The position numbers were made by a program, and so were the translations under genes. Source: Selaginella moellendorffii (taxonomy: Eukaryota > Plantae > Lycopodiophyta). Taken from it: a stretch of DNA of 64,000 nt. The number at the start of each line of letters is the position of its first letter. The stretch's first letter is position 1. The stretch is taken from NCBI RefSeq assembly GCF_000143415.4, contig NW_003314325.1:553419-617418 (forward strand). Direction: 5' to 3'. Positions 39,640-50,568 of this stretch are shown here, piece by piece. The notes beneath the pieces are model-generated. The model worked only from the letters and a program-made list of their open reading frames with translations, was not told the DNA's origin and did not search any database.

Positions 39640-39960
39640 AGGAAATTGGCAAAGCTTCTGCTCGAGCTACGTCGAAGAAGGCTATATGTTTTCTTCACCT
39701 TGTTGATCACTATGTCCATGGTCAATCTTCTGGGACGAGCTGAAAACCTATCTGGATGGAGCTTGGCATGGCATCTTGTGGGCACCAAGGCGATGTAGAG
39801 AAATGAGTGGCTGTCCAGATTACAGCCAACCTGGGGTGATATAAAGGTGCTGGTGAAGGAGCGAGATGTAAGCTTGAAAGCTAGATCCATATTGTTCTTC
39901 ACTGCTGGAGATCGAACTCATCCCCAAATGGAGGAGATATATGGAACAGGCTCTGCAGTG
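39640..39960 (+). pseudogene. PPR E/E+ domain fragment
   Basis: SMVNLLGRA and FTAGDRTHPQMEEIY remnants in broken frames. Confidence 0.6.
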
Positions 39961-40059
39961 ATCTCGGTCACCGCAGACATCTCGGACAGTGTTTTTGTTG
40001 CTTGGAGCACGTAGCTTTCCTCAAATCTATGGTTATGGTTTGTAGACCTCTGAAAAATG

Positions 40060-41145
40060 GATCCAAGGCAGAACCGGCATTCTCTCGCGCCAGGAATCTA
40101 ACATGCGATTCATGCTTTTCCGCAGCCAAGGAATCCCTGGTCTTTGGCTTTAGAAGCATTGATCATGGCCAATGTTAACCCTAGAGACATTGACTTCGTT
40201 AAGCTATGCACGAGCACTCCGATGATATTCTGTCTAGAGAAAACGAAATATTATGATAACAATGGCCATGTTTTCGGGGCTATAGGTGGCAAATCAACTG
40301 TGATGCCATAACTCGGTTGCCTCTTGACACTGTAGCAGCATGCAGCGGCTTTATGATCGGTCTAATAGAGCCATCCATGCTTATGAGAGGTGATTCTCTT
40401 ATTAGAATTGAGCACTGTTTCCACGTACACGAATGTGTGCATCTCCAGGAGGGAGATTCAAGACGGCTCTCGTAGTTGGGGCCCATGTTCTATCCAGATA
40501 TGTGGACTGGACAGATAGGAAGACGTGTATTTTGTTTGGGGATGCGACTGGAGTTGTGGTACTCAAAGTGAGCAAAGCAAAGACATCACTACTGAAGCTT
40601 GCTACAATTTTAATTTTCAGGCTAGCACCAGCAAAGACAATCTACTTGGCTATCAGATGCCAACGTATCTAGTGGAGATAAGTACGTTGCTTCGACATAT
40701 CCATTGTCACGATTGATCTTGCTTGCAAGTACTTACATCTTTCACCCAAGGAAAATGCTATTGACAAGACGGTGCAGGGGCGCAATGGCCCATAGAGCTG
40801 TTGTCCTATTCATTCCTTGACATGGAAGGGCAAGAAGTGTGTTGTTGAAACCGTGCCTGCAGCTGTCCAAGACGCTCTTGAAGATGCCGATCTTAGAATT
40901 CAGGAGATTGATTAGAGCTTCATCAAAAAGCAGAGGCAAACCAGCAAATTTTGGACAAAGTTACCAAGAAAGGTCCTAAGGAGAAAGTGTTGTCAAACCT
41001 CGGGTCCTATGGGAACACCAGTGCTGCATCCATTTCTCTTGTGTTGTATGAGCAAGTTCGAAGTGGTCGAGTCAAGCCAGGGGATGTTATAGCTACAGCA
41101 GGATTTGGAACTGGTTTTTGCAAGGGCTGTCGTCCTGAAACTTGA
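40060..41145 (+). pseudogene. 3-ketoacyl-ACP synthase III (KAS III/FabH) degenerate copy
   Basis: [62 protein letters not shown]...ATAGFG; disrupted frames and truncated ends. Confidence 0.8.
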
Positions 41146-41226
41146 CATCTCCAAAAGTTGGCGAAGCATAAAAATTATGAATATATGCTATGACATAAAC
41201 TAGTGTATTCAATCTTTTGTATCTTC

Positions 41227-42225
41227 TTAAGCCAGAGCTGGCGATGCTCGAGGGAACACCAGCAAGCCTTTGTCTCTATAACTCTCCACAGAGTCTTTCA
41301 AGCACTCCTTGAGCGGCCGGAACTTCAACCCAAGCTCTCGGCGGATCTTCTCAGTGGAGATGACAAAACGCGCCGCCCTCTCGCCGCCAGTGACCATCTT
41401 GGACGGCAACCGCGCCGCCACCTCTGGCGGCACAACCTCCCGCAGCACATCGATCAGCTCCGCCCTGTGGAGCGAGCTCTCGGCACACAAGTATCGTCCG
41501 CGAGCTCCCTGCCTCTCGAAAGCCTCAACATGAGCCAGAGCAACGTCCCTTACATCGACGTAGGCCTGGGATCGGTTCAAGTATCGCTCAAACTTCGTGT
41601 TGATCAAACGAAGGATGTGAGAGCTGCTCGCGTTTTGCCATGGCTGCAACACCGGGCCGAGAGTAACACTTGGATTTATCACCACCAAGTCCAGCTCACT
41701 CTTCATGGAGATCTGCCAAGCAGCACTCTCCGCCAGCGTCTTTCCCAGGCAGTACCACTCGCCGGTCTCTTCCATAAACTCGAGGCTGCTCCAGCACTGC
41801 TCGTCGATCGGGGCGCTATCGCCGCGGGAGGGATCCAGGTACATGGTCCCAATCGTGGAAGTGAGCACCACTCTCGTCACCCCCGCGCTGGAGCAAGCCC
41901 GCATCAGATTCACGGTGCCATCGACGATGGGCTGGACGATCTCAGCGTGGGGATCGCGGGTAAGCTTGGCCGCCATGGCGCAGGCGACGTGGAAGACCCC
42001 GTCGCAGCCCTGGACCCTGGCCTCGATGGCGCTGCTGCTGCTGAGATCGAGCTTGACGATGGTGAGGCGATCCGGAGCGCCCGGAAGCTGCTTGAGATGC
42101 GCGAGCTTGAGCTCGTCGTGGGGATCGCGCACGGCGGCTCGAACCTGGTAGCCTCGATCCAGGAGAATGCGGACGATCCAGGAGCCGATGAAGCCGCCAG
42201 CACCCGTTACCGCCACTGTCGGCAT
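41227..42225 (-). CDS. Cinnamoyl-CoA reductase-like SDR, intronless, 332 aa
   Basis: VTGAGGFIGSW, GCDGVFHVA, EWYCLGKTLAE (CCR signature NWYCYGK-like), YVDVRDVALAH, GRYLC. True start probably M72 of the listed ORF. Confidence 0.92.
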   Translation of the reverse strand: MPTVAVTGAGGFIGSWIVRILLDRGYQVRAAVRDPHDELKLAHLKQLPGAPDRLTIVKLDLSSSSAIEARVQGCDGVFHVACAMAAKLTRDPHAEIVQPIVDGTVNLMRACSSAGVTRVVLTSTIGTMYLDPSRGDSAPIDEQCWSSLEFMEETGEWYCLGKTLAESAAWQISMKSELDLVVINPSVTLGPVLQPWQNASSSHILRLINTKFERYLNRSQAYVDVRDVALAHVEAFERQGARGRYLCAESSLHRAELIDVLREVVPPEVAARLPSKMVTGGERAARFVISTEKIRRELGLKFRPLKECLKDSVESYRDKGLLVFPRASPALA

Positions 42226-42275
42226 GCTTGCTTTTCGTTTTAGGTTTTCTGTTTTGCAAAGCAAAAGGAGACACG

Positions 42276-43188
42276 ATGACCTCCGAAGCTCTGAAGATGA
42301 TCCACCTGGTAGTGACTCTTGGATTGAATTCTTGACGAGGATTATATATAGGTGCGGCATGCTGAGGCTGAACACAATGGTTTCCATTCGCCGGGCCATG
42401 TCTTCGATCCGGTTCTCAAGCCCGCTGGCTGGAAGCAAGTAAGAGAAATAGAAAATATAACAGGATTTTACAGTCGGGTTTTAGGTGGAGCAACTCCGGA
42501 AGCATATTGTAGCCACGGGCTTGATGCGTGAAGTTAAGCTAGTTGTGGTTTCTCCTTTGACGCGGTAAGCACAGGACCAGCGCTTTCAGGACATTACAAA
42601 CGGCTGTAGGTGTGTTTGGGGTGCGGCATGGCAGCGAACGAATCTCCAGTCCACCGCCTCTTGTTGCCTTGGACCTGTGCAGGGAGCTCATGGTACGTTC
42701 AGTTCATGCATCACTGAGATCTTTTGTGTTTTTGTGTTTGCCAGATTCCTTCTGGAGCCACCAAGAGGAGGTCCATTAGTGAAAGCAAGTTTCAATTTCC
42801 CGAAGTGGATTTTTCGCAGGTGGCCATTTTTTCTTTCTTTCATATTATAAATTGTGATTTACTTTTCATAGATCGAGGATGATGAAGACGTGCTGTGGAA
42901 ACCCAACCGAGAATCAAGGGAGTCCTTTGATGCACGGCGGAGATCTTTCTTGCAATGGTAAATCAAACTCTTATGACTGTTTTCAGCAGTTGCCTTTTGA
43001 GCAGGTTGACGTTTCGTGAAGAGAAGAACATCGCGGTTGTTTCCCATGGCGCCTTTCTCAAAAACCTGGTGAATAGTCGTGATGAAGATGGGTCAAGATT
43101 TTGTGGTGACCAGAAAACCTCAAACTTTTCAAATTGTGAGCTTTTCTCCATCGCTCTTCATCTCAAGCCAAGTTCGTCGCTGTGCTAA
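42276..43188 (+). CDS. Phosphoglycerate mutase-like histidine phosphatase, multi-exon
   Basis: MTSEALKMIHL|VRHAEAEHN across a 43-nt intron (42309-42351), FDPVLKPAGWKQ, LVVVSPLTR, FPEVDFSQ|IEDDEDVLW, IAVVSHGAFL, FSNCEL. Confidence 0.85.
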
Positions 43189-43646
43189 TTAGGTTCCAGA
43201 CATTTCAAGGCAATAATAATAGTATTCAATTTCCTGAAATATCGTAAGTCGTCCGTGTTAATTGAGGCGAGTGCTACGTTTTTGGTGGTAAGTTCTGCTT
43301 CTTCATTCTATAATTTCTCAGAGGAAAGCAAGTACAACCATGGAGTTTATGACGTGGACCATAGTATGTGCTGAACCTCGTTTGAAGCAAGTTTCACTTG
43401 TTTCTCCAAAAGGTAACATGTAGAGCCTCTTGGTGCACGCGAGAATTAACGGTTGAGGCGCTGTAGTTACTCTACTCAAAATTAAGAAGTCGGTAGACGG
43501 GTCTCTTTGACATTAGTGGCTGTCATGGTGAGAGCCTGCTTTCCTCTGGAACATGGCGATGTCATCTTACTAGGCATTTTCTAGTAGATAATCGATGGCA
43601 TCCGATAACCAATTAAAAAACTCGTAGCTTTTCCTCAGGGCCCTCT

Positions 43647-44458
43647 TTGATCCAGGTCCCGAACAAGAAGCAGTGGAAGCTGCTATATGGACTCTTTTCG
43701 ATCTGGTATAGCCACCTGTTAGGTTTCGAGGATGAAGGCCTACGGCAGCAGCAGCAACAACACCACAAGAAGGCTTGTGGCGGCAGCAGCAATGGACACC
43801 AAAAGAAGGCTTACGGCACTGACATCATAATAAGTTCACAAAGCAAAAGCCGAGGAGGTGGACATTTTTGCAATCGCGAACGCTGGCGAACGCATGCGAG
43901 CAAGGTAAGCAAGATTGAGTTTGATCTTTGCAAGGGGGTAAGAAAGCTCACTTATTCTGAATTTTCTAGTTTTTGTTTTCTTTTGCTAGCCTGGAGTGGA
44001 TCCTTTTGCTCATGAACAAAAGCAATGCTACCTCTGCCTAGCGAAGGGACACTATACTTATCAATGTTCAAGAAATCCCCTGCGAAATGAGCACTGGGCA
44101 GAGAGGACTTACACTGGACCAATGAAGAGAATTCGTCTTCAGGTTTGTATCACCTGTTTCTTTATATGTTTATTTGTGTACGTTTCCAGGTTCAGGGAGC
44201 AGACTTCCTGCAATACCATCCTCGTCTCTGCGTCCAACGGATTGAATACGAAAACCTCACAAAATACATCCAAACTTGGGAATCTTTATCGTGCCTGAAC
44301 CACCCACCCTTTTGCATCTCAACTTTGGGACGCTTTCCAGCATCTGGATGGACACATCAACGCAGGCCTAGGCTTCGAGCTATACAAATCCGATGAAGAA
44401 ATGCCTCCAGGGTATAACCAGTTTGCAGCTGCAGATGAAGCATTGATTGAAGAACTGA
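43647..44458 (+). CDS. Possible small multi-exon CCHC zinc-knuckle protein
   Basis: CYLCLAKGHYTYQC knuckle in a GT-AG-bounded exon; ends and intactness uncertain. Confidence 0.35.
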
Positions 44459-46279
44459 AAAAGGAAGCGAACCATCAAAAAAGCTAGCGCTTTAAGAAAG
44501 TAAAAGTGGAAAGGTGTAGTCAAAGTATACTGTATCGCTCGTGCCTCAAGAAGACAAGAACTAGTCGTCAGCCTATTGTGGTCTTGGGACGCACTAGAAA
44601 AGCTTGTAGCGAGGAAGTTAAACACACAAAATTATCAGTCCCTGAGCCATTGTGATCGAGTTTCCACGCATAATCGAGATCATTGGTTGTGAAAGGCTCG
44701 GGAATGGAAGATCCTCGCTGCTTACATCCAGCCCCTTAATGTTTTTTTCTCTCTGGAGAAAAAGAAAAGTACCAGTCCGTTCGCATTCTTTCAAACTCGC
44801 AGGTGTAAATGATTCCTGGAAAGAAAAGTGCGAAGATTTCCATGCCAATGCTAACAATCAAAGGTACTACAGGCAGAAGTGGGAAAAAACAAAGCACATA
44901 TCCTTTTGCCATAGAATGGTCTGAAGAAATCGGTCTGCTTAAAGTCGTTGCATCCTAGACAAAAGTAATTTATCAAGCATAAGCATCGCTCCAATCCTTA
45001 GTTCCTGATGAATGTCAAGACTGACAGCTCCCCAGGCTGTAGCGGCTGGATGTTAGGTTTCCATTGTTTTCACATAGTTTATGAAAGCTATATATCAATT
45101 TATCAAATATCCTGTATCATGTTATATGTGATCTTAAAGCTATAAGGGGGAGGTTTGCTGGGCATTGGATCCCTTGCATGGTCATGAGAAAAATTCTCTT
45201 GATGTTAGTTTTGGCCAATGGGATTGGAGGGCGAGAACTAAATACAATTGATGCTCTCTAGCCTTATGCTGCAATGATCTTCTTGTGTTTCTGTCCAAGA
45301 GGCCAATAGAGCTCAACACCTATATCCCATATAATATTCACTTTTTGCAGATACCATGTAAAGGTTGTCAAGTGATGAGCCCCTTGCAGCCATGTCTTAA
45401 ATGCTTTTTCCATCCATAGCATTCAGATATAGACTATATTTTCCAGAGGGAGATCACTAAGCTCCATCTCTAGTGACCATGTCTAGGCCTGAAGTTTGTG
45501 CCACCACCCAAGTTGATGTTGATTGCCAAGGTTGATAGAGTCCAAAACAACAAACTTCACGAGGTTGCCTTCATCCAGGTGTGAGTAGACATAGAACATA
45601 TTACATGGTGTTCTTCCCAACTTGGAGCTGCATTGGATACCAGATTCCATATACATAATCCTGTGAATTCTATGAGGATGTCCAATGAATCTTTTGAACT
45701 TTCCTCCAAAGATCCTTGCCCCATTCTATGGTATGGAAATCACTTTGGAGGGCATGTGATACTAATATGGTCAGTTATCTCATTGATGTACTATATAGCC
45801 AAGGTATTTGTATGCCTTAACCTCTACCACTATCTTGCCTTGATACATATTCTAAGCATTATCTCCCCCTCTGAAGGTCACAATCTATGTTTTGGTAAGA
45901 TTTATAGCTAAGCTTCTGTTTTCACAAAACATGGCAAGGACCTCTAGTTGTCTCTGAAGCAGGAGGCAAGTAGTAGTAAGTCATCTATGTATAGAAGTAA
46001 ATACAAGTACAGTCCTGCCATTTGGATCTCTGATAGATGGTGATCAACAAACAGAGCCTTAATCACATTGGTATATAAACTAAAGAGATTTGGAGAAGGT
46101 GGGCTGTTCTATGCCAATGGTGTTGGTGAGCAATTCTTGATCAGTAAAGTCAATAAAAATAACTTTATATAAAGCTGAAGAAACCTGGATTATCACTGTG
46201 GATGTTCTAAATACTTTTAGCTGATCTAATAAGCCTTATCTCAGAACTATATTGAAGGCTTTCTTGAAATTAATGAAGT

Positions 46280-46570
46280 AACATATTAAGTGCTTGACAT
46301 AAAGAAGCAATTCCTAAGTATTTATTTAGTTAAGTATATTTGGCTGGGCTTGTTAGTTCTCTTTGGTTTATCTTGCATTGGCTTAGCAAAAACCCCATGA
46401 TATTCAGTCTAGTCCCTCAATATTGTTATATAGTGGACACCTTTGTTATCATGCCTTATATATTGGTTTTAATGTTCTAAACCCTATGGTGTTGTTCTTG
46501 CTCCCTAATTTGTAAAATAACACCATTCCATATTTAATAAGTTATATTTGTCCCAAAGATTAACTCCTCT
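46280..46570 (+). mobile_element. Old diverged LTR fragment related to element 5
   Basis: Colinear matches to 57150-57530: TCCTAAGT..TTTAGT.AAG, CCC.TGATATT...GTCCCTCAATAT, TATCATGCC, TTCCATATTTA.TAAGTT...TTGTCCCA.AGA.TAACTCCT. Confidence 0.7.
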
Positions 46571-48084
46571 CCTCACTATCCAACATTTTCCACACCAAAA
46601 CAAAATGGCCTTTGACTTATGGAAGGTAGCCTGACATGTTGGAACTCCATAAACACCAAAATGAATGAGCATGGAGAAACCACAGTTGGTTAGGGACTTG
46701 AGCCTCCTCATACTCTAGTGCTAATAGTCATTATAGCCGTTCGAAAGTTTTTCCTCCTCAACACTGGCCTTTTTGGCAATGCCATTATTATTCTTCATTA
46801 CACCACCCATTTACTCTTCACTTTCTATCAAACTTTATTTTGTATTTTATCTCCTATAACTGATATAAGGACTCCTCACGATGGATAACCACCCTAAGAT
46901 TATTGCTAATCCCCTATTAATTAATCATATTTAGTCTAAAATAAAGAGAAATCCATGATCTTGACTTGTATCAGTCGTAAGCACACTCTAGCCCCTTGAT
47001 AAATCTCAATATCTAATTAGAAATTTTGACCCATTATTCTTCATTAGGGTTGATTGTAGCTATCACTAGAGTTGATGACATGGCCTCATTCAAGAGGACC
47101 CCAAGGGAGCCAATGATGATCACTTGGATCATGTGTAGTTAGTTGCAATGTTTGATAAATGTCACAAGAGCATTATTGGCCATATGCAAGGACAATCTCC
47201 TAATTTTTCATATTACAAAATTGTTGAGTTAGAGTGAGGTTGGATGTCCTTGGTCCCAACAATTGGTTGTAAATTTGATCATGCATAGATCCACTTGAAG
47301 GGCTATAGCCAATCTAGTCTTATACTTCATAAATCTCATGGGCTCTATAAGTAGTCTAGCAGCTCGGAGACATTGAGCATAGGACTTGGCTTTGAGGCTC
47401 TTGCATGTGGCAACAATGTAAAGCTATTAGTTGATTTCATTTTATCCATAAGCATTGAATTGGTGTAATGAAAGCACATTCTTTCTCCATTGGAGGAAAG
47501 CAATATAGCTCCTAAGTGATGACAGTGTGGTCTTCCTTTTGATCCATGTGGATGTATTTGTTATACTGTATTTGCTACAACAAGTAATGCCACATGAGTT
47601 GATTGTCAACGAGTGTGACAATCCTTCTGCTCTTTGTCTAGACATTGTAGTTTTGTGTTGAAACACTCTTTTATTCAAGACTATAGACAGATGCTATCCT
47701 ATCAGTGAGTGTTTGGGTTTAGACATTTATCTATCATGTTGTATCTTGCAAATTATCTAGAATCAACTAATTATTGTAAGGTTTAGCACTTTTTGAAAAG
47801 TGGCTAGCATTCATGAGAGTTATGAGCTGTGTTCACAAGATTTATAAGCTACTTTTTAGTTACCAAGAACAATAGGAAAGAGGGGGGATGGGTACCTTAA
47901 ATAGTGCCTTGAAAGCTTTTATTGGACCTTATAAACTTTGTTATTGCCGTATATAAACAACTAAAGAGAATAATGTGAGAAATAATCCATAAAGGTTCAA
48001 ATATAGAAGGAAAGGGCCTATAAACAAAAGTGCACCTTTTTTTTCAATTGATTAAAGATCTTGGGATACTTAGGATTAAGTGTT

Positions 48085-48320
48085 CTTGGGTTTGGATAAT
48101 ATTGAGTTGAGTAACTTTCTAAGAAGTCCAAAGTCAGGAATTTACACCCTAATCTATGTTCTTCCATGATAAAGAATGGAATATTCAACACTTTCCTCTC
48201 TTGGGTTTGAATAGTATTAGGTTGGGTGACATCCCAAAAAGCTCAAAATCAAGAGTTTATACCCTCGTCTTTATTCTTCCATGATAAAGAATGGGATATC
48301 TAGCACCTCCCTCTCTTACA
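48085..48320. repeat. Imperfect tandem duplication, two units of about 115 bp
   Basis: TTGGGTTTG...TACCCT...TTCTTCCATGATAAAGAATGG occurs twice. Confidence 0.6.
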
Positions 48321-49016
48321 TGGCTTTCCATACCCACTCCTCACTTTTTGTATCAAACCCAAATTAGTAATATTAAACTTTAAGTCATATTAAGCTATAC
48401 AATCAGAATAATGCTATTATAGTAGAATAAAAAATATTTTTTATTTTATAAATTTAGATACTAGAACAAATTTGAGTAATTGATAATTGACTCAAGGTGA
48501 TTTAAGAGGTGGTCTGCCTATATAAGCAATGAGGTGGCATGCAAGTATAAATTAAAAAGGGGGAAGCAGAGGCCATTAAACCCCAAAGAATGTTCTCCTT
48601 CATAGTTTTCTTAGTATCTCATCATCAAAGGAATTCACACAATAACACTATGATCTCTCATCTTATCTAAAACTTTGTGAGCATCTAACATGCTCCCACA
48701 CTTTCAATGTGTATAAATCAAGATATTCCTTGAACAAGAACACGGCCCTTTGGAGTTTAGGGCTCCTTCTCTAGGGATTTTAGTACACCACAATTATGTT
48801 TACTCACTAGAAATGAGTGAGAATCTCTAAGAAATTGTTTTAGATTTATCCAATCTATTCACATGTACTTTTTGCCCTAAGTTTGAATTTACACCAAATA
48901 GGTTATTTCATTTCATTTATCAAACATAACTTCCTCCTTAGCAAGTATCCCTTGACTTCATGATGTATTAAGAGGCATATATCATTAACTGTCTCTAGTT
49001 ATTGGCACTAGCATAA

Positions 49017-50165
49017 TGTAAGCCACAAATTTTTCCTTTCCAATTTGCCAGCTTACCTTGTTTATCCGTCCAACACTGCCTTGGCTTTTGCTAAGTTCCC
49101 TCGCCAAGGTTCTCGCCTATGGTACCAGCTCCTACTTGGTTTCAGCTACTCACTGCACGAGCAACGGAGTGTTAGCCATCCTTCCACGGATTCCCAAATC
49201 ACTCCCAATCCCCCTCCCCGGGTTAGACTGGACTTAAGGTTCGGCTACACTCCCCGCAAGCACAAGCAGCCAAGCACACCAAGCTTCCAGGTTCCTAACA
49301 TCCCTTGGTACCACAAGACTTGATCATGGGACCCTCTAAATCCCAAGTCTTGAGTGCAACACTTGCTTCGGGATGCCGGGGCGAAACACCGTGGCCTAGC
49401 GGCCCGGTATGGGTACCTCTCGCCCCCCACTTCCATCCCGAAGGAAGGCCCAAGCCCCTAGGAAGGGCGAGGACCAATGAGCCGCATGGTACTCAAGTGG
49501 GGCACCACTCCACATGAGCCGGGAGCATCGCAATCGGTTTCCCTTTCGGGAGTGGGAGCTGCTCTTGAGCACTTCCTTGGATGGCCCCTCCGGCACCAGC
49601 CAAGTCCATGCTCACTCCCACCCAAGGCCCCTCGGTCCCAGTCTCAACCTCAAGTCGGTTTGGAAGCCCAACTGGAGAGTCCCTTCAAAACTGGTTCCTG
49701 GACCTCACTATCCCTACTATACTTTTGGAACCCCCTGCAGCCCCCCCCCCCTGGGAGACGCACGCTTTGGGCTTTCACCCCTTGACCCGTATTAGTATTT
49801 GGACTTAGTCTCTGGCTCGATCTCGGACCCGATTTCGGATCCGACTTCGGATTCGGGTTCGGACTCGATCACGGACTCGATCTCGGACCTGATCTCGGAC
49901 CCGACCTTGGACTCGACCTCGGACTCGGTCTCGGACCCGATTTCGGATCTCGGACTCCGTCTCGAACTCGGTCTCGAACTCGGACTCGAACTCGGTCCCC
50001 GAGTCGGTCTCGGACTCGATTCCGGACTCTATCTCGAACTCGGTCCTAGAGTCGGTCTTGGACTCGATCCTCGACTTGGTCCCATCCGATGAACTCTTTG
50101 TCATTTCGGTCAAGCTTTTTGGGGATCCTTTAGTCTACGACATCTCGGGGAGTCGGTTCCTTACA
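49017..50165 (-). repeat. 3' LTR of element 4, with CTCGGA-type array at about 49808-50090
   Basis: Direct repeat of 55401-56549. Confidence 0.96.
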
Positions 50166-50227
50166 ACTCCACCACCCATAGAAGAAGTTCGATGCCCACA
50201 TCGAACGTCTCATTTTATCCTACGACT

Positions 50228-50433
50228 TGTTGACCATGTCTCCGGGGGCATCCCCCCACTTAGCGGTGTGCCTAAGTTAGCCTCCCCGGCCAAGAGCCCA
50301 TGACAACGGAATATAGGTGTCCCTATACTCCTCACCTCACCACGCCCTAGTATGGGGTCGGGACTTGAACCCAGCCTTGCTTTACTAGGGGGTTGGGACT
50401 CGAACCCAACCTCCGTAGAATACGTCTACGGAT
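50228..50433 (-). ncRNA. Putative structured cis-acting RNA in the 3' UTR of element 4
   Basis: Consecutive hairpins and a four-way junction, with compensatory changes relative to 13030-13393. Confidence 0.7.
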
Positions 50434-50568
50434 TCGACACCCCCGCGGGGAGTCGGGCGTAGTGCCCTATGCCTGGTCGACCTATCCAACCCATGCTAAT
50501 TAGCTTACCTTTGGCGCGCCTTCGGGTCCCAACATATGCCACTTGCTCAACTTTGCAAATTGATATTT

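Noticed and set aside
41203-42243. 346-aa plus-strand ORF and similar antisense ORFs over the NPH3, GPC1 and CCT genes
   Set aside because: Shadow ORFs of GC-rich coding sequence on the opposite strand; no recognisable motifs.
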